Part shown: one piece after another, positions 41,957-59,055 of the stretch
Numbering within the stretch: the first letter of the stretch is position 1
Layout: every line of letters starts with the position of its first letter
NCBI GenBank assembly: GCA_964016885.1
Contig: OZ024753.1
Coordinates: 27,466,001-27,530,000, forward strand
DNA length: 64,000 nucleotides
From: Eledone cirrhosa
Taxonomy: Eukaryota
Direction: 5' to 3'
Made by a program: the position numbers and the translations under genes
The notes under the pieces: generated by a model
Seen by the model: the letters and a program-made list of their open reading frames with translations, nothing else
Told to the model about the DNA's origin: nothing
The model's database searches: none

Positions 41957-42661
41957 TTTTGAGAATAAACTCTCAGTCGTTTACAATAATTAAGCTCCAG
42001 GAAGGGGCTCTTCCGAGCAGTTAATACATTTAAAGTATATGATAAACACGAAATGTGTTTACATTGCAACAGACAAAGTTAGCTATTAATGAAATAAACT
42101 AATAAAAGTGAATACAATTTGTCTGTCTCGATATAAGTCAATAAAGACAAGATAATATTGGCAACGGCCATGATTCCTGGACATATTTAAATTTCAAAAT
42201 TCAAACCTGTTCTGTAGACGAATTTGAACCTCGAAACCCAAATAAGTTTCGCAACGGTGGAATGTGAATTGAAAAATAAAGAGAATCGAAATGGAAATGA
42301 AATAAAAGAGTGAAATGTCCAAATCTTCTGTGCTTATCAACAGGAATCCAGTAAGATTAGCCTATCTCACATCAAACATTTTGGAGGTCTGACTACACGT
42401 GGGTAGGCAGGCCAAAACTAGCTTCACATTCCACCGTTGCGAAACTTATTTGGGTTTCGAGGTTCAAATTCGTCTACAGAAAAGGTTTGAATCTTGAAAT
42501 TTAAATATGTCGAGGAATCATGGCCGTTGCCAATATAATCTTGTCTTTATTGACTTGTATCGAGACAGACAAATTGTATTCACTTTTATTAGTTTATTTC
42601 ATTAATAGCTAACTTTGTCTGTTGCAATGTAAACACATTTCGTGTTTATCATATACTTTAA

Positions 42662-42665
<4 letters not shown>
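41957..42665. mobile_element. Non-coding fold-back element
   Basis: Inverted arms 42026-42268 / 42423-42665, 154 bp spacer, 70 nt tail on the left; TA flanks. Confidence 0.78.
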
Positions 42666-42716
<51 letters not shown>

Positions 42717-42846
42717 AATATATATATATATATATACAAATATATATATATATATATATATACAGATATATATATATGTATATATATACAAATATATATA
42801 TATATATATATATGTTTGTATATATATATATATATATATATATGTT

Positions 42847-43100
<254 letters not shown>

Positions 43101-43102
43101 TG

Positions 43103-43137
<35 letters not shown>

Positions 43138-43142
43138 GTTTG

Positions 43143-43177
<35 letters not shown>

Positions 43178-43180
43178 GTT

Positions 43181-43216
<36 letters not shown>

Positions 43217-43248
43217 TGTATATATATATATATATATATATATATGTT

Positions 43249-43300
<52 letters not shown>

Positions 43301-43916
43301 TGTATATATATATATATATGTTTGTATATATATATATATATGTTTGTATATATATATATATATATGTTTGTATATATATATATATGTTTGTATATATATA
43401 TATATGTTTGTATATATATATATATGTTTGTATATATATATATATATGTTTGTATATATATATATATATGTTTGTATATATATATATATATATGTTTGTA
43501 TATATATATATATGTTTGTATATATATATATATGTTTGTATATATATATATATGTTTGTATATATATATATATGTTTGTATATATATATATATGTTTGTA
43601 TATATATATATATATGTTTGTATATATATATATATATGTTTGTATATATATATATATATGTTTGTATATATATATATATATAAACATATATATATATATA
43701 TACAAACATATATATATATATATACAAACATATATATATATATATACAAACATATATATATATATATACAAACATATATATATATATATACAAACATATA
43801 TATATATATACAAACATATATATATATATACAAACATATATATATATATACAAACATATATATATATATACAAACATATATATATATATACAAACATATA
43901 TATATATATATATACA

Positions 43917-44525
43917 AACCGCCTGGACTACTGCTCCCAGCTGTGGTCACCCCATAGTGTCAAACTAACCACAGAGCTTGAGGCAATCCAGCGAAGCTAC
44001 ACCAAGAGGATTGCCAAGATGAGGGAGACAAGCTACTGGGAGAGGCTGAAGGAACTGAACCTCTACTCCTTGGAGCGAAGACGGGAGAGATACGCAGTGA
44101 TCTACATGTGGAAAATCCTGGAGGGACTAGCACCAAACTTTGGCATTGGGAGCTGGACCAACCGTCGAACAGGACGTCACTGTGTGGTGCCAAAGGTCCC
44201 GTCTTCCACATCTAGAATAAGGAGCAGGTATTGCAATAGCCTGGGATTCAAGGGCCCTCAACTCTTCAACAGGCTGCCGAGGCATCTGCGAGACTTGCAT
44301 GACGTGGAGGTGGATGTCTTTAAGAAACATCTCGACACCTTGTTATCCAGGATCCCGGATGAGCCCACAGCAAGACACGAGGGAAACCTAAGGGCAGCAG
44401 CAACAAACTCCCTCCTACACCAGTGGCCAACCTATACAGGCTGGAGATAAAATGTGTAGCAACAAGGGCGGTGCCCCAGCATGGCCTCAGCCGGATGGCT
44501 GAAACAGGTAAAAGAGTAAAAGAGA
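43917..44525 (+). mobile_element. CR1/L2-group LINE 3' end
   Basis: [36 protein letters not shown]; GTAAAAGA tail; ATATACAAAC on both sides. Confidence 0.88.
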
Positions 44526-44680
44526 ATATACAAACATATATATATATATACAAACATATATATATATATACAAACATATATATATATATACAAACATATA
44601 TATATATATACAAACATATATATATATATATATACAAACATATATATATATATATACAAACATATATATATATATATACA

Positions 44681-44726
<46 letters not shown>

Positions 44727-44756
44727 AACATATATATATATATATATATATATACA

Positions 44757-44792
<36 letters not shown>

Positions 44793-44795
44793 AAC

Positions 44796-44830
<35 letters not shown>

Positions 44831-44835
44831 CAAAC

Positions 44836-44868
<33 letters not shown>

Positions 44869-44902
44869 CAAACATATATATATATATATATATATATACA
44901 CA

Positions 44903-45110
<208 letters not shown>

Positions 45111-45560
45111 AACATATATATATATATATATATATATACAAACATATATATATATATATATATATTTGTATATATATACATATATATATATCTGTATATA
45201 TATATATATATATATATATGTTTGTATATATATATATATGTTTGTATATATATATATATATATATAGATATATGTTTGTATATATATATATATATATGTT
45301 TGTATATATATATATATATATTTGTATATATATATATATATATTTGTATATATATATATATTTGTATATATATATATATTTGTATATATATATATATTTG
45401 TATATATATATATATTTGTATATATATATATATTTGTATATATATATATATTTGTATATATATATATATTTGTATATATATATATTTGTATAAATATATT
45501 TTTGTGTATATATATATATATTTGTATATATATATATCTATACATATATATATATATGTT

Positions 45561-45595
<35 letters not shown>

Positions 45596-45626
45596 ATATA
45601 TATATATATATATATATATATAAGTT

Positions 45627-45668
<42 letters not shown>

Positions 45669-45670
45669 TT

Positions 45671-45716
<46 letters not shown>

Positions 45717-45750
45717 TGTATATATATATATATATATATGTTTGTATATA

Positions 45751-46155
45751 GGAACCAGTAAGACCCCAACAGCTGAGCTCAAGCCGTTTCGACGGCTAAT
45801 TCTGGACTAAATGAAAATTTATCCTGGTATTTAAATAGCCGATCTACTCAAGGGGTAATTCCATATATGGTCAAAGTGATTGTCAAAAATCAGTAGTAAT
45901 TCTGTGGTTGCAAATTAGTAGGGGAGATGGTGGCTAAACCTGCCAGTAGGAGAAAGAGGGGAGGGGGTGAAGTAGACCCAATCAAGCGTTGGTAGTGCCA
46001 GCTACAGCTGGGCATGAGGTCTAAGAAGATACAGGGGAGGGGGAGGGGGAGGAAGTCGGAACGGTAGGTAGAACAATGGGGGCTAGAAATATCTAGGAAA
46101 GGAAAAATACTGAGAGTGAAGAAAAGCAAATAAGTGTAAAGAAAAAAAGTAAAGT

Positions 46156-46160
<5 letters not shown>
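45751..46160 (-). mobile_element. Solo family B pLTR fragment
   Basis: Near-identical to ~32161-32565. Confidence 0.9.
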
Positions 46161-46211
<51 letters not shown>

Positions 46212-46265
46212 TATATATATATATAAAAATATATATATATATATAAAATATATATATATATATAT

Positions 46266-46303
<38 letters not shown>

Positions 46304-46395
46304 TAAAGTAATATATATATATATATATATGTTTGTATATATATATATATATATATATGTTTGTATATATATATATATATATATATATTTATGTT

Positions 46396-46427
<32 letters not shown>

Positions 46428-46431
<4 letters not shown>

Positions 46432-46570
46432 TAAGGTTAATGTATCTGAGTGTACATTTGAATAGGTAAATATTTATATTATATTTTTTAATTCTGATTA
46501 ATTTTAATTGTAAATTAAATTTGATTTATTTTGAAAAATTAGTTGAATTTTACTTGTTCTGCTTATCTTG
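46428..46570. repeat. AT-rich 140 bp element, second copy 53918-54060
   Basis: Near-identical pair, each between TA arrays. Confidence 0.8.
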
Positions 46571-46602
<32 letters not shown>

Positions 46603-46621
46603 ATATATATATATATATGTT

Positions 46622-46764
<143 letters not shown>

Positions 46765-46791
46765 TTGTATATATATATATATATATGTTTG

Positions 46792-46852
<61 letters not shown>

Positions 46853-46875
46853 ATATATATATATATATATATGTT

Positions 46876-46914
<39 letters not shown>

Positions 46915-46933
46915 ATATATATATATATATGTT

Positions 46934-47071
<138 letters not shown>

Positions 47072-47107
47072 GTATATATATAATATATATATATATATGT
47101 ATATATG

Positions 47108-47334
<227 letters not shown>

Positions 47335-47357
47335 ATATATATATATATATATATATT

Positions 47358-47392
<35 letters not shown>

Positions 47393-47400
47393 ATATATAT

Positions 47401-50400
47401 ATCATCATCATCATCATCATCATCACCGTTTTACGTCCGTTCTTCCACGCTAGCATGGGACGGGTTGTCCTGTTGTGGGCAGTGTCTGGTCGGCTGACCA
47501 TGCCTTGCTCATACAGGAACTGATCTGGCTTGATTTCTACAGCTGGATGCCCTTCCTAACACCAACCTCATTTACAGTGAGTGCTGGGTGCTTTTTCGTG
47601 GCGCCTACACGTCCACTTTACAGTGTGGGCTGGGTGCTTTTTTGCCGTGGCACCTCCACGACCACCTTGCGATGGGGGGGGGGGCATATTGTTTATATGC
47701 TTCAGCATGTACCCATGGGAGGTCGGGTACCCTGTATTACTGCGTGACGCCAGAAGTCACGGTCGTGTGTCATTGACTTTGAGAGGTGAAGTTGGGTAAG
47801 GTCGGCTTTTATCACCTCATCCCAAGTCATCTTGGGTCTCCCCACTCGCGGTTTCCATCAACTTCTAGTGCTCTGCACCTTTTTATGCAGCTGTCATCCT
47901 TCATACGCATCACATGTCCATACCAGCGTACCGCCTCTCCTGCACGCAGCATTTGATTCCTCTTATGCTCAGTCTCTCTCTCAATTCATTTATGCTTTGT
48001 CGTTCACGTATATTACTGTTACACATCCATCGGAGCATGCAGGCTTCGTTTCTCTCTAATCTACGTAAGTCTTCCACCTTCAGCGCCCAGTCTCACTACC
48101 ATGCAACATCGCTGTTCGGATACACGCATCATACAGTCTGCCTTTCATTCTGAGGGAGAAGCCTTTTGCAGCTAGCAGTGGTAGTAGTTCCCTAAACTTC
48201 TTCCATCCCGTTCTTACCTAGTTATTGTACTTTCTGAGCACCCACCTCCGTTGCTAATTCGGTCACCTAGGTAGCAGAAGCTGTCTACTGTTTCTACAGG
48301 GCCCTCCCAGAGATTGGTGGTACTTGTTTCCTGTGGCTGTTTGCTTGCTGTTTCAGCACAGCTGCTGCATGTGAATCCTACATTCTTAATTAAGCTTCCT
48401 GAGATCCCGCTACATCTCTTGTGTACCCATTGTTTGCATTTGGGGCAAAGAATGGAGTTCCTACCTACACCTTTCCTACATACTGAGCAAGGCCATTTCC
48501 CTGAGGGGATCTGGGTTCTGTTTTCTCGTCTACTTATAAGGACCTTAGTCTTTGTCATGTTGACTTTGAGGCCCTTTCTCTCTAGTCCCTGCTTCCAGGT
48601 TTGGAATTTATTCTCTAGTTCTACCATAGATTCAGCTATGAGTGCGAGGTCATCAGCATACAGGAGTTCCCATGGGCATCCGGTCTTAAACTCCTCCGTT
48701 ATTGCCTGCAGGACTATGATGAACAGGAGAGGCTAAGAACAGAGCCCTGGTGGACCCCAACCTGTACGCTAAATTCCTCGCTATACTCATTGCCAATCCT
48801 AACTTTGCTGACTGCTCCCCTATACATGGCTTGTACCGCTTTCACAAGCCATTCATCTACTCCTAGTTTTCTAAGAGCCCACCAGATTACTGCACGTGGA
48901 ACTCTGTCAAAGGCTTTCTCAAGGTCGACAAATGCCAAGTAGAGTGGCTTACTTTTAGCTAGGTACTTTTCCTGTAATTGCCTCACAAGGAAGAGCGCAT
49001 CAGTGGTGCCTTTCCCTGGAACAAACCCAAATTGCATCTCGTCTATATTCACCCGGTCCCTAATCAGCTGTGCTATAACTCTTTCTGTTACTTTCATGAC
49101 CTGGTCCATCAACTTTATACCTCTATAGTTTCCTCTATCTAGTGCATCGCCTTTACCTTTGTAGCAGTTGACAATGATGCTACTGCACCAATCTTTTGGT
49201 ATGGCCCCTCTAGTATTACCTGGTTAACGATACGTGTGGTTATAGTGTGACCTACAGACCCAGATGCCTTCAGCATCTCGGCAGCTATACCCGATGGACC
49301 GGTTGCCTTCCCTATCTTCATATCTCTGATTGCCTTACTTACTACGCTGCCGCTGACCTTGTACTGCTGGTCCCTCTATAGGGTCTACGTGGGGTAGGGT
49401 CTCTTCTTCCCATGCATTCTCCTCATTTAGTAATCTATCATAATGACTCTTCCATGCATCTTTCTTCTCAGCACTTGTGAGGCAAGCTCACCTTTATCAT
49501 TCCGGATACACTTCTCTCCAATGACATCACAACTATCTCTGACACACTGCCTCGCAATCTTGAATACCTCCTGTTTCTGGTCCTCACGTTGTAAAACATG
49601 CTTGAATTTTCTATCCTCTGCTTCCCTCCTAGCTAAGTATACTTTGTCGCCTAGCTTCCCTCTTGGTCTCTATGTAATGTACCCTGCTCCCCCCGTTCTT
49701 CCATTCTTTCCATGCCTGTCTCTTGGCCTTGACTGCTTCATCTACCTTATTGTTCCACCACCAAGTCACTCTCCTCTGCTTGAGGTCTTACTCCAGCCAC
49801 AAACCTCATCCGTCGCCTCTAGTAAGTTATTTTTTAGGAACTCCCAGTTCTCTTCTACGTTAAATGTCTCTATCTGTTCTTCTTTACTGTCGTAGCGTTG
49901 AGTAAAATAATCTTTAAATCTGTTACTGGTTGAGGGGACTTTCAGCTTCCAGATCTTTCTTCTCCAGGTTGGCCTCTGTTTCAGGGCTCGTCTAGTTCTG
50001 ACCGTGAGGTCGCTGACAACTAAGCTATGTTGGGATGTACATTCCTCACTAGGGAAGGCTTTTGTGTTTACGACCGTCCATCTGTCACGTCCTCTGATGA
50101 GGATAAAATCTAACTGACTAGAGTGCTCCCCTGATCTATAGGTGATCAGGTGATTGTCGGGTTTTTTAAAGTTTGTGTTACATATCGACATGTCATTGGC
50201 GTCGCAGAATTCTAGAAGTCTGAATCCTTCCTCATTCCTTGTGCCAACTCCATGGCCTCCATGTACTCTATTGAAGCCGTCGCAGTGTTTACCTACGTGT
50301 CCGTTAAAATCTCCTGCAATGATTAGGAAGTCCTTGTCGTCTGTTAGAGCAGTAGTGTGTATTAGGGACTCGTAAAACCTATCCTTAAGTTCGTCTGGCA

Positions 50401-50815
50401 GCCCCGATTGGGGTGCGTAAGCTGATATTATTGTGGTAATTGTCTTATTCAGGACTAGTCTGAGTTTAATGATTCTTGCATTTACCCTGTACACTGAGAT
50501 TACTTTATCTACCCACTTGTCAGCTAATAGTATACCTACACCACCCATCCCATCGTCATTTCCCACCCAGAAAAATTTGTAGCACTGGCTTTTTCCTACA
50601 AGGACTCTAGCAGACCCTCCTCTCCATCTAGTCTCTTGCACACAGCATACATCAACTTCCTTTCGCTCTAGCATTTCTACGATTTCTCCTGCTCTTCCTT
50701 TCATTGAGCCTACATTGATGGTACCAACTCGGAGTTTTGGGCATTTGTCGACACTCGTAGGGGAGGGTCTCTGGGTTGGCGCTTCACGTGGGTGCTTGGT
50801 AGCTCGCAGATTCAT
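47401..50815 (-). mobile_element. RTE-clade LINE, frameshifted (APE + RT + PHD-like finger)
   Basis: VCCVQETRW, AGDFNGHVG, SQLDFIL; QFGF, FVDLEKAFDRV, GVHQGSVLS, YADD at 48649-48660; CSVC..CPKC..HKRC; (GAT)n tail 47401-47426. Confidence 0.92.
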
Positions 50816-51061
50816 ATTTCATCTATTGATTCAGAGTTGCTCGTGTATTCCCAGCTCATCCATCCCTAACGGTGGGAAAATTGAGGGCTAGAAGGACAGT
50901 GGTGGTGGGGTAATGGCAGGGTGTGTTGGGATGCGCCAGAGGAGGAGAGAGTTAGTTAGGCAGGTAGTAGCAGCAGCAGCAGTGGAAATGGCATGCTAGG
51001 TTTGATTGGTCGAATAGACTATGGTGTTGTGTGGGGGTGGGGGGGGAGGGAAATTGTGAGG

Positions 51062-52138
51062 TAGGAACTGAGGGTCGCATGGTAAATATCCAAGTTAATA
51101 CTACATCAGTAAAATTAACAATAATAACGTCATGAAAAAAGCTACTAAGAGAAACCCTCGAAAATTTATCGCTAATACAGCAGGGAAAATTTAACGCTAA
51201 TACAGCAGGGAACATCATAATATTAACGACATGAAAAAGCTACTAAGAGAAACCCTCGAAAATTTATCGCTAATACAGCAGGGAAAATTTAACGCTAATA
51301 CAGCAGGGAACATCATAATATTAACGACAATATGTAGGCTAAAATACCTTCGTAGATTAGGTGGATGGCTGGCTGGGAAAATTTGAATCAGCTCAGTGGT
51401 ACATTTTAGCAGAGAAGAATGGCAAAGTGTCTTATCTCTTCAATATTTTCAGATTGAATGAATTAGGTTAAAGACAGGGTAGTAAGCCTTAAAGAAGTGC
51501 ATAGAGGGGGGGGGTAGGAACTGAGGGTCGCATGGTAAATAACTGAGAGAGATACAATAGGATTAGAATACCGCATGGTAAATATCCAAGTTAATAAGTT
51601 AATACTACATCAGTAAAATTAACAATAATAACGTCATGAAAAAAGCTACTAAGAGAAACCCTCGAAAATTTATCGCTAATACAGCAGGGAAAATTTAACG
51701 CTAATACAGCAGGGAACATCATAATATTAACGACATGAAAAAGCTACTAAGAGAAACCCTCGAAAATTTATCGCTAATACAGCAGGGAAAATTTAACGCT
51801 AATACAGCAGGGAACATCATAATATTAACGACAATATGTAGGCTAAAATACCTTCGTAGATTAGGTGGATGGCTGGCTGGGAAAATTTGAATCAGCTCAG
51901 TGGTACATTTTAGCAGAGAAGAATGGCAAAGTGTCTTATCTCTTCAATATTTTCAGATTGAATGAATTAGGTTAAAGACAGGGTAGTAAGCCTTAAAGAA
52001 GTGCATAGAGGGGGGGGGGTAGGAACTGAGGGTCGCATGGTAAATAACTGAGAGAGATACAATAGGATTAGAATACCGCATGGTAAATATCCAAGTTAAT
52101 AAGTTAATACTACATCAGTAAAATTAACAATAATAACA
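51062..52138. repeat. ~505 bp tandem duplication with nested ~99 bp and 22 bp subrepeats, upstream of the RTE ORF
   Basis: TAGGAACTGAGGGTCGCATGG at ~51062, 51516, 52020. Confidence 0.85.
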
Positions 52139-52301
52139 TTTGTATATATATATATATATATATTTGTATATATATATATATATATTTGTATATATATATA
52201 TATATATTTGTATATATTTGTATATATATATATATATATATATATTTGTATATATATGTATATATATATATATTTGTATATATATATATATATATATATA
52301 T

Positions 52302-52982
52302 ACTCTTTTACTCTTTTACCTGTTTCAGCCATCCGGCTGAGGCCATGCTGGGGCACCGCCCTTGTTGCTACACATTTTATCTCCAGCCTGTATAGGTTGG
52401 CCACTGGTGTAGGAGGGAGTTTGTTGCTGCTGCCCTTAGGTTTCCCTCGTGTCTTGCTGTGGGCTCATCCGGGATCCTGGATAACAAGGTGGCGAGATGT
52501 TTCTTAAAGACATCCACCTCCACGTCATGCAAGTCTCGCAGATGCCTCGGCAGCCTGTTGAAGAGTTGAGGGCCATTGAATCACAGGCTATTGCAATACC
52601 TACTCCTTATTCTAGATGTGGAAGACGGGACCTTTGGCACCACACAGTGACGTCCTGTTCGACGGTTGGTCCAGCTCCCAATGCCAAAGTTTGGTGCTAG
52701 TCCCTCCAGGATTTTCCACATGTAGATCACTGCGTATCTCTCCCGTCTTCGCTCCAAGGAGTAGAGGTTCAGTTCCTTTAGCCTCTGCCAGTAGCTTGTC
52801 TCCCTCATCTTGGCAATCCTCTTGGTGTAGCTTCGCTGGATTGCCTCAAGCTCCGTGGTTAGTTTGACACTATGGGGTGACCACAGCTGGGAGCAGTAGT
52901 CCAGGCGGTTTAGGACAAAAGTCCTCCACAGTGTCAACATGGTGTCTCGATCTCTTGTAAGGAAAGTCCTCAAGAAGATGCT
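52302..52982 (-). mobile_element. CR1/L2-group LINE 3' end, same family as 43917
   Basis: Near-identical reverse complement, ~70 bp longer at 5' end. Confidence 0.88.
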
Positions 52983-52989
52983 ATATATT

Positions 52990-53147
<158 letters not shown>

Positions 53148-53445
53148 AACATATATATATATATATATATATGTTTGTATATATATATATGTTTGTATAT
53201 ATATATATATATATGTTTGTATATATATATATATATATGTTTGTATATATATATATATATGTTTGTATATATATATATATATGTTTGTATATATATATAT
53301 ATATGTTTGTATATATATATATATATGTTTGTATATATATATATATATGTTTGTATATATATATATATATATATATATGTTTGTATATATATATATATAT
53401 ATGTTTGTATATATTATTATATATGTTTGTATATATATATATATT

Positions 53446-53502
<57 letters not shown>

Positions 53503-53563
53503 ATATATATATTTGTATATATATATATATATATTTGTATATATATATATATATATATATATT

Positions 53564-53601
<38 letters not shown>

Positions 53602-53603
53602 TG

Positions 53604-53655
<52 letters not shown>

Positions 53656-53656
53656 T

Positions 53657-53701
<45 letters not shown>

Positions 53702-53864
53702 ATATGTTTGTATATATATATTTATATATATATATATATGTTTGTATATATATATTTATATATATATATATATGTTTGTATATATATATTTATATATATA
53801 TATATATGTTTGTATATATATATATATATATATATGTGTTTGTATATATATATATATATATGTT

Positions 53865-53920
<56 letters not shown>

Positions 53921-54079
53921 TATGGTTAATGTATCTGAGTGTACATTTGAATAGGTAAATATTTATAATTTATTTTTTAATTCTGATTAATTTTAATTGT
54001 AAATTAATTTTGATTTATTTTGAAAAATTGGTTGAATTTTACTTGTTCTGCTTTTATTGATATATATATATATATATAT

Positions 54080-54421
54080 ATAAAGAAAAAGGGATGAAAT
54101 CGAAAATGCAACTGAAGTCTTATTTTTTTAAAAATATATATATTTATTTGGTTCCTTTACCGGTGTCGCAGTTCTTCTGCTTTTCAAAAGGTGAGTTGAG
54201 ATGGAGGGTCTGTGGTTGAAAAACCACAGACCCTCCATCTCAACTCACCTTTTGAAAAGCAGAAGAACTGCGACACCGGTAAAGGAACCAAATAAATATA
54301 TATATTTTTAAAAAAATAAGACTTCAGTTGCATTTTCGATTTCATCCCTTTTTCTTTATACTTCCACTCGTGTAGGACACCTCGGTTATTTTTCATTTTG
54401 TAAAAAAAACCTCACTTTCTA
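54080..54421. mobile_element. Family G fold-back, copy 2
   Basis: Arms centred ~54218; HHR GAAA>GACA in both arms. Confidence 0.85.
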
Positions 54422-54464
54422 ATATATATATATATATATATTTGTTTATATATATATATATGTT

Positions 54465-54512
<48 letters not shown>

Positions 54513-54515
<3 letters not shown>

Positions 54516-54672
54516 CGAAGGAAATGTGGTTAGGAACCAGGTGAACCATAACGCACCAAACTACTCAATACTTGAGGTAGTAGAGTGGGTAATAGGAACC
54601 AGTAAGACCCCGACAGCTGAGCTCAAGCCGTTTCGAAACAGCTTGAGCTCAGCTGTCGGGGTCTTACTGGTT

Positions 54673-54676
<4 letters not shown>
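54513..54676. mobile_element. Family B mini fold-back
   Basis: pLTR tail on minus strand, turning back at TTTCGAAA (54631-54638). Confidence 0.85.
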
Positions 54677-54707
<31 letters not shown>

Positions 54708-54726
54708 ATATATATATATATATGTT

Positions 54727-54819
<93 letters not shown>

Positions 54820-54837
54820 TTGTATATATATATATAT

Positions 54838-54962
54838 ATGATTTCAAATAAATGAAACAGTTCTAGTCCTGTAGAATCTCATCTATATTAAAACTGTTAT
54901 ACTCTGCTATGTATTGAGTACCTTACTTACTGTGGTTACCTCCGATTCAACCCGGAATAACG
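54838..54962 (+). mobile_element. Family C pLTR 3' fragment (HHR 5' half lost)
   Basis: Reverse-complement match to 8100-8226. Confidence 0.82.
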
Positions 54963-54971
54963 TATATATAC

Positions 54972-55022
<51 letters not shown>

Positions 55023-55230
55023 CATATATATATATATTTGTATATATATAAATATATTTGTATATATATATATATATTTGTATATATATATATATATTTG
55101 TATATATATATATATATATTTGTATATATATATATATATTTGTATATATATATATATATATTTGTATATATATATATATATTTGTATATATATATATATA
55201 TTTGTATATATATATATATATTTGTATATA

Positions 55231-55377
<147 letters not shown>

Positions 55378-55503
55378 ATATATATATATATATATATATT
55401 TGTATATATATATATATATATATTTGTATATATATATATATATTTGTATATATATATATATTTGTATATATATATATATATTTGTATATATATATATATA
55501 TTT

Positions 55504-55979
<476 letters not shown>

Positions 55980-56156
55980 ATGTATATATATATATATATA
56001 TGTTTGTATATATATATATATTTGTATATATATATATATATTTGTATATATATATATATATATATATATTTGTATATATATATATATATATATATATTTG
56101 TATATATATATATATTTGTATATATATATATATATTTGTATATATATATATATTTG

Positions 56157-56187
<31 letters not shown>

Positions 56188-56438
56188 ATATATATATATA
56201 TTTGTATATATATATATATATATATATATTTGTATATATATATATATATTTGTATATATATATATATATATTTGTATATATATATATTTGTATATATATA
56301 TATATATTTGTATATATATATTTGTATATATATATATATATATATTTGTATATATATATTTGTATATATATATATATATATATATTTGTATATATATATT
56401 TGTATATATATATATATATATTTGTATATATATATTAG

Positions 56439-56471
<33 letters not shown>

Positions 56472-56522
56472 ATATATATATTTGTGTATATATATATATA
56501 TATATATTTGTATATATATATT

Positions 56523-56561
<39 letters not shown>

Positions 56562-56622
56562 ATATATATATATATGTATATATATATATTTGTATATATA
56601 TATATATGTATATATATATATT

Positions 56623-56657
<35 letters not shown>

Positions 56658-56692
56658 ATATATATATATTTGTATATTTGTATATATATATT

Positions 56693-56809
<117 letters not shown>

Positions 56810-56919
56810 ATATATATATATATATATATATTTGTATATATATATATTTGTATATATATATATATATATTTGTATATATATATATATTATATATATTTGT
56901 ATATATATATATATATATT

Positions 56920-56958
<39 letters not shown>

Positions 56959-56959
56959 T

Positions 56960-56998
<39 letters not shown>

Positions 56999-57038
56999 AT
57001 ATATATATATTTGTATATATATATATTTGTATATATAT

Positions 57039-57107
<69 letters not shown>

Positions 57108-57108
57108 T

Positions 57109-57153
<45 letters not shown>

Positions 57154-57156
57154 TTG

Positions 57157-57193
<37 letters not shown>

Positions 57194-57468
57194 TTGTATA
57201 TATATATATATATATATATTTGTATATATATATATATTTGTATATATATATATATATATATATTTGTATATATATATATATATGTGTATATATATATATA
57301 TATATATTTGTATATATATATATATTTGTATATATATATATATATATATATATTTGTATATATATATATATTTGTATATATATATATATATATTTGTATA
57401 TATATATATATTTGTATATATATATAAATTTGTATATATATATATATATATATTTGTATATATATATT

Positions 57469-57589
<121 letters not shown>

Positions 57590-57745
57590 TTGTATATATA
57601 TATATATTTGTATATAATATATATATATATATATATTTGTATATATATATATATTTGTATATATATATATATATATTTGTATATATATATATATATATAT
57701 ATTTGTATATATATATAAATTTGTATATATATATATATATATATT

Positions 57746-57864
<119 letters not shown>

Positions 57865-57881
57865 ATATATATATATATATT

Positions 57882-57958
<77 letters not shown>

Positions 57959-57975
57959 ATATATATATATATATT

Positions 57976-58016
<41 letters not shown>

Positions 58017-58033
58017 ATATATATATATATATT

Positions 58034-58123
<90 letters not shown>

Positions 58124-58142
58124 ATATATATATATATATATT

Positions 58143-58413
<271 letters not shown>

Positions 58414-58414
58414 T

Positions 58415-58497
<83 letters not shown>

Positions 58498-58516
58498 ATA
58501 TATATATATATATATT

Positions 58517-58558
<42 letters not shown>

Positions 58559-58649
58559 TGTATATATATGTTTGTATATATATATATATGTTTGTATATA
58601 TATGTTTGTATATATATATATATGTGTTTGTATATATATATATATATAT

Positions 58650-58699
<50 letters not shown>

Positions 58700-58742
58700 A
58701 TATATATATATATATATATATATACAAATATATATATATACA

Positions 58743-58794
<52 letters not shown>

Positions 58795-58990
58795 TGTATA
58801 TATATGTTTGTATATATATATATATGTTTGTATATATATGTTTGTATATATATATATATGTGTTTGTATATATATGTATATATGTTTATATATATATATA
58901 TATATATATGTTTGTATATATATATATGTTTGTATATATATATATATATATATATATATGTTTGTATATATATATATATATATATATGTT

Positions 58991-59026
<36 letters not shown>

Positions 59027-59055
59027 TGTATATATATATATATATATATAGATAG

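Noticed and set aside
42226-42345. Extended HHR on the minus strand (TTGATAA gca..tgc GAAA..GTT)
   Set aside because: Stem I pairs poorly; left uncalled
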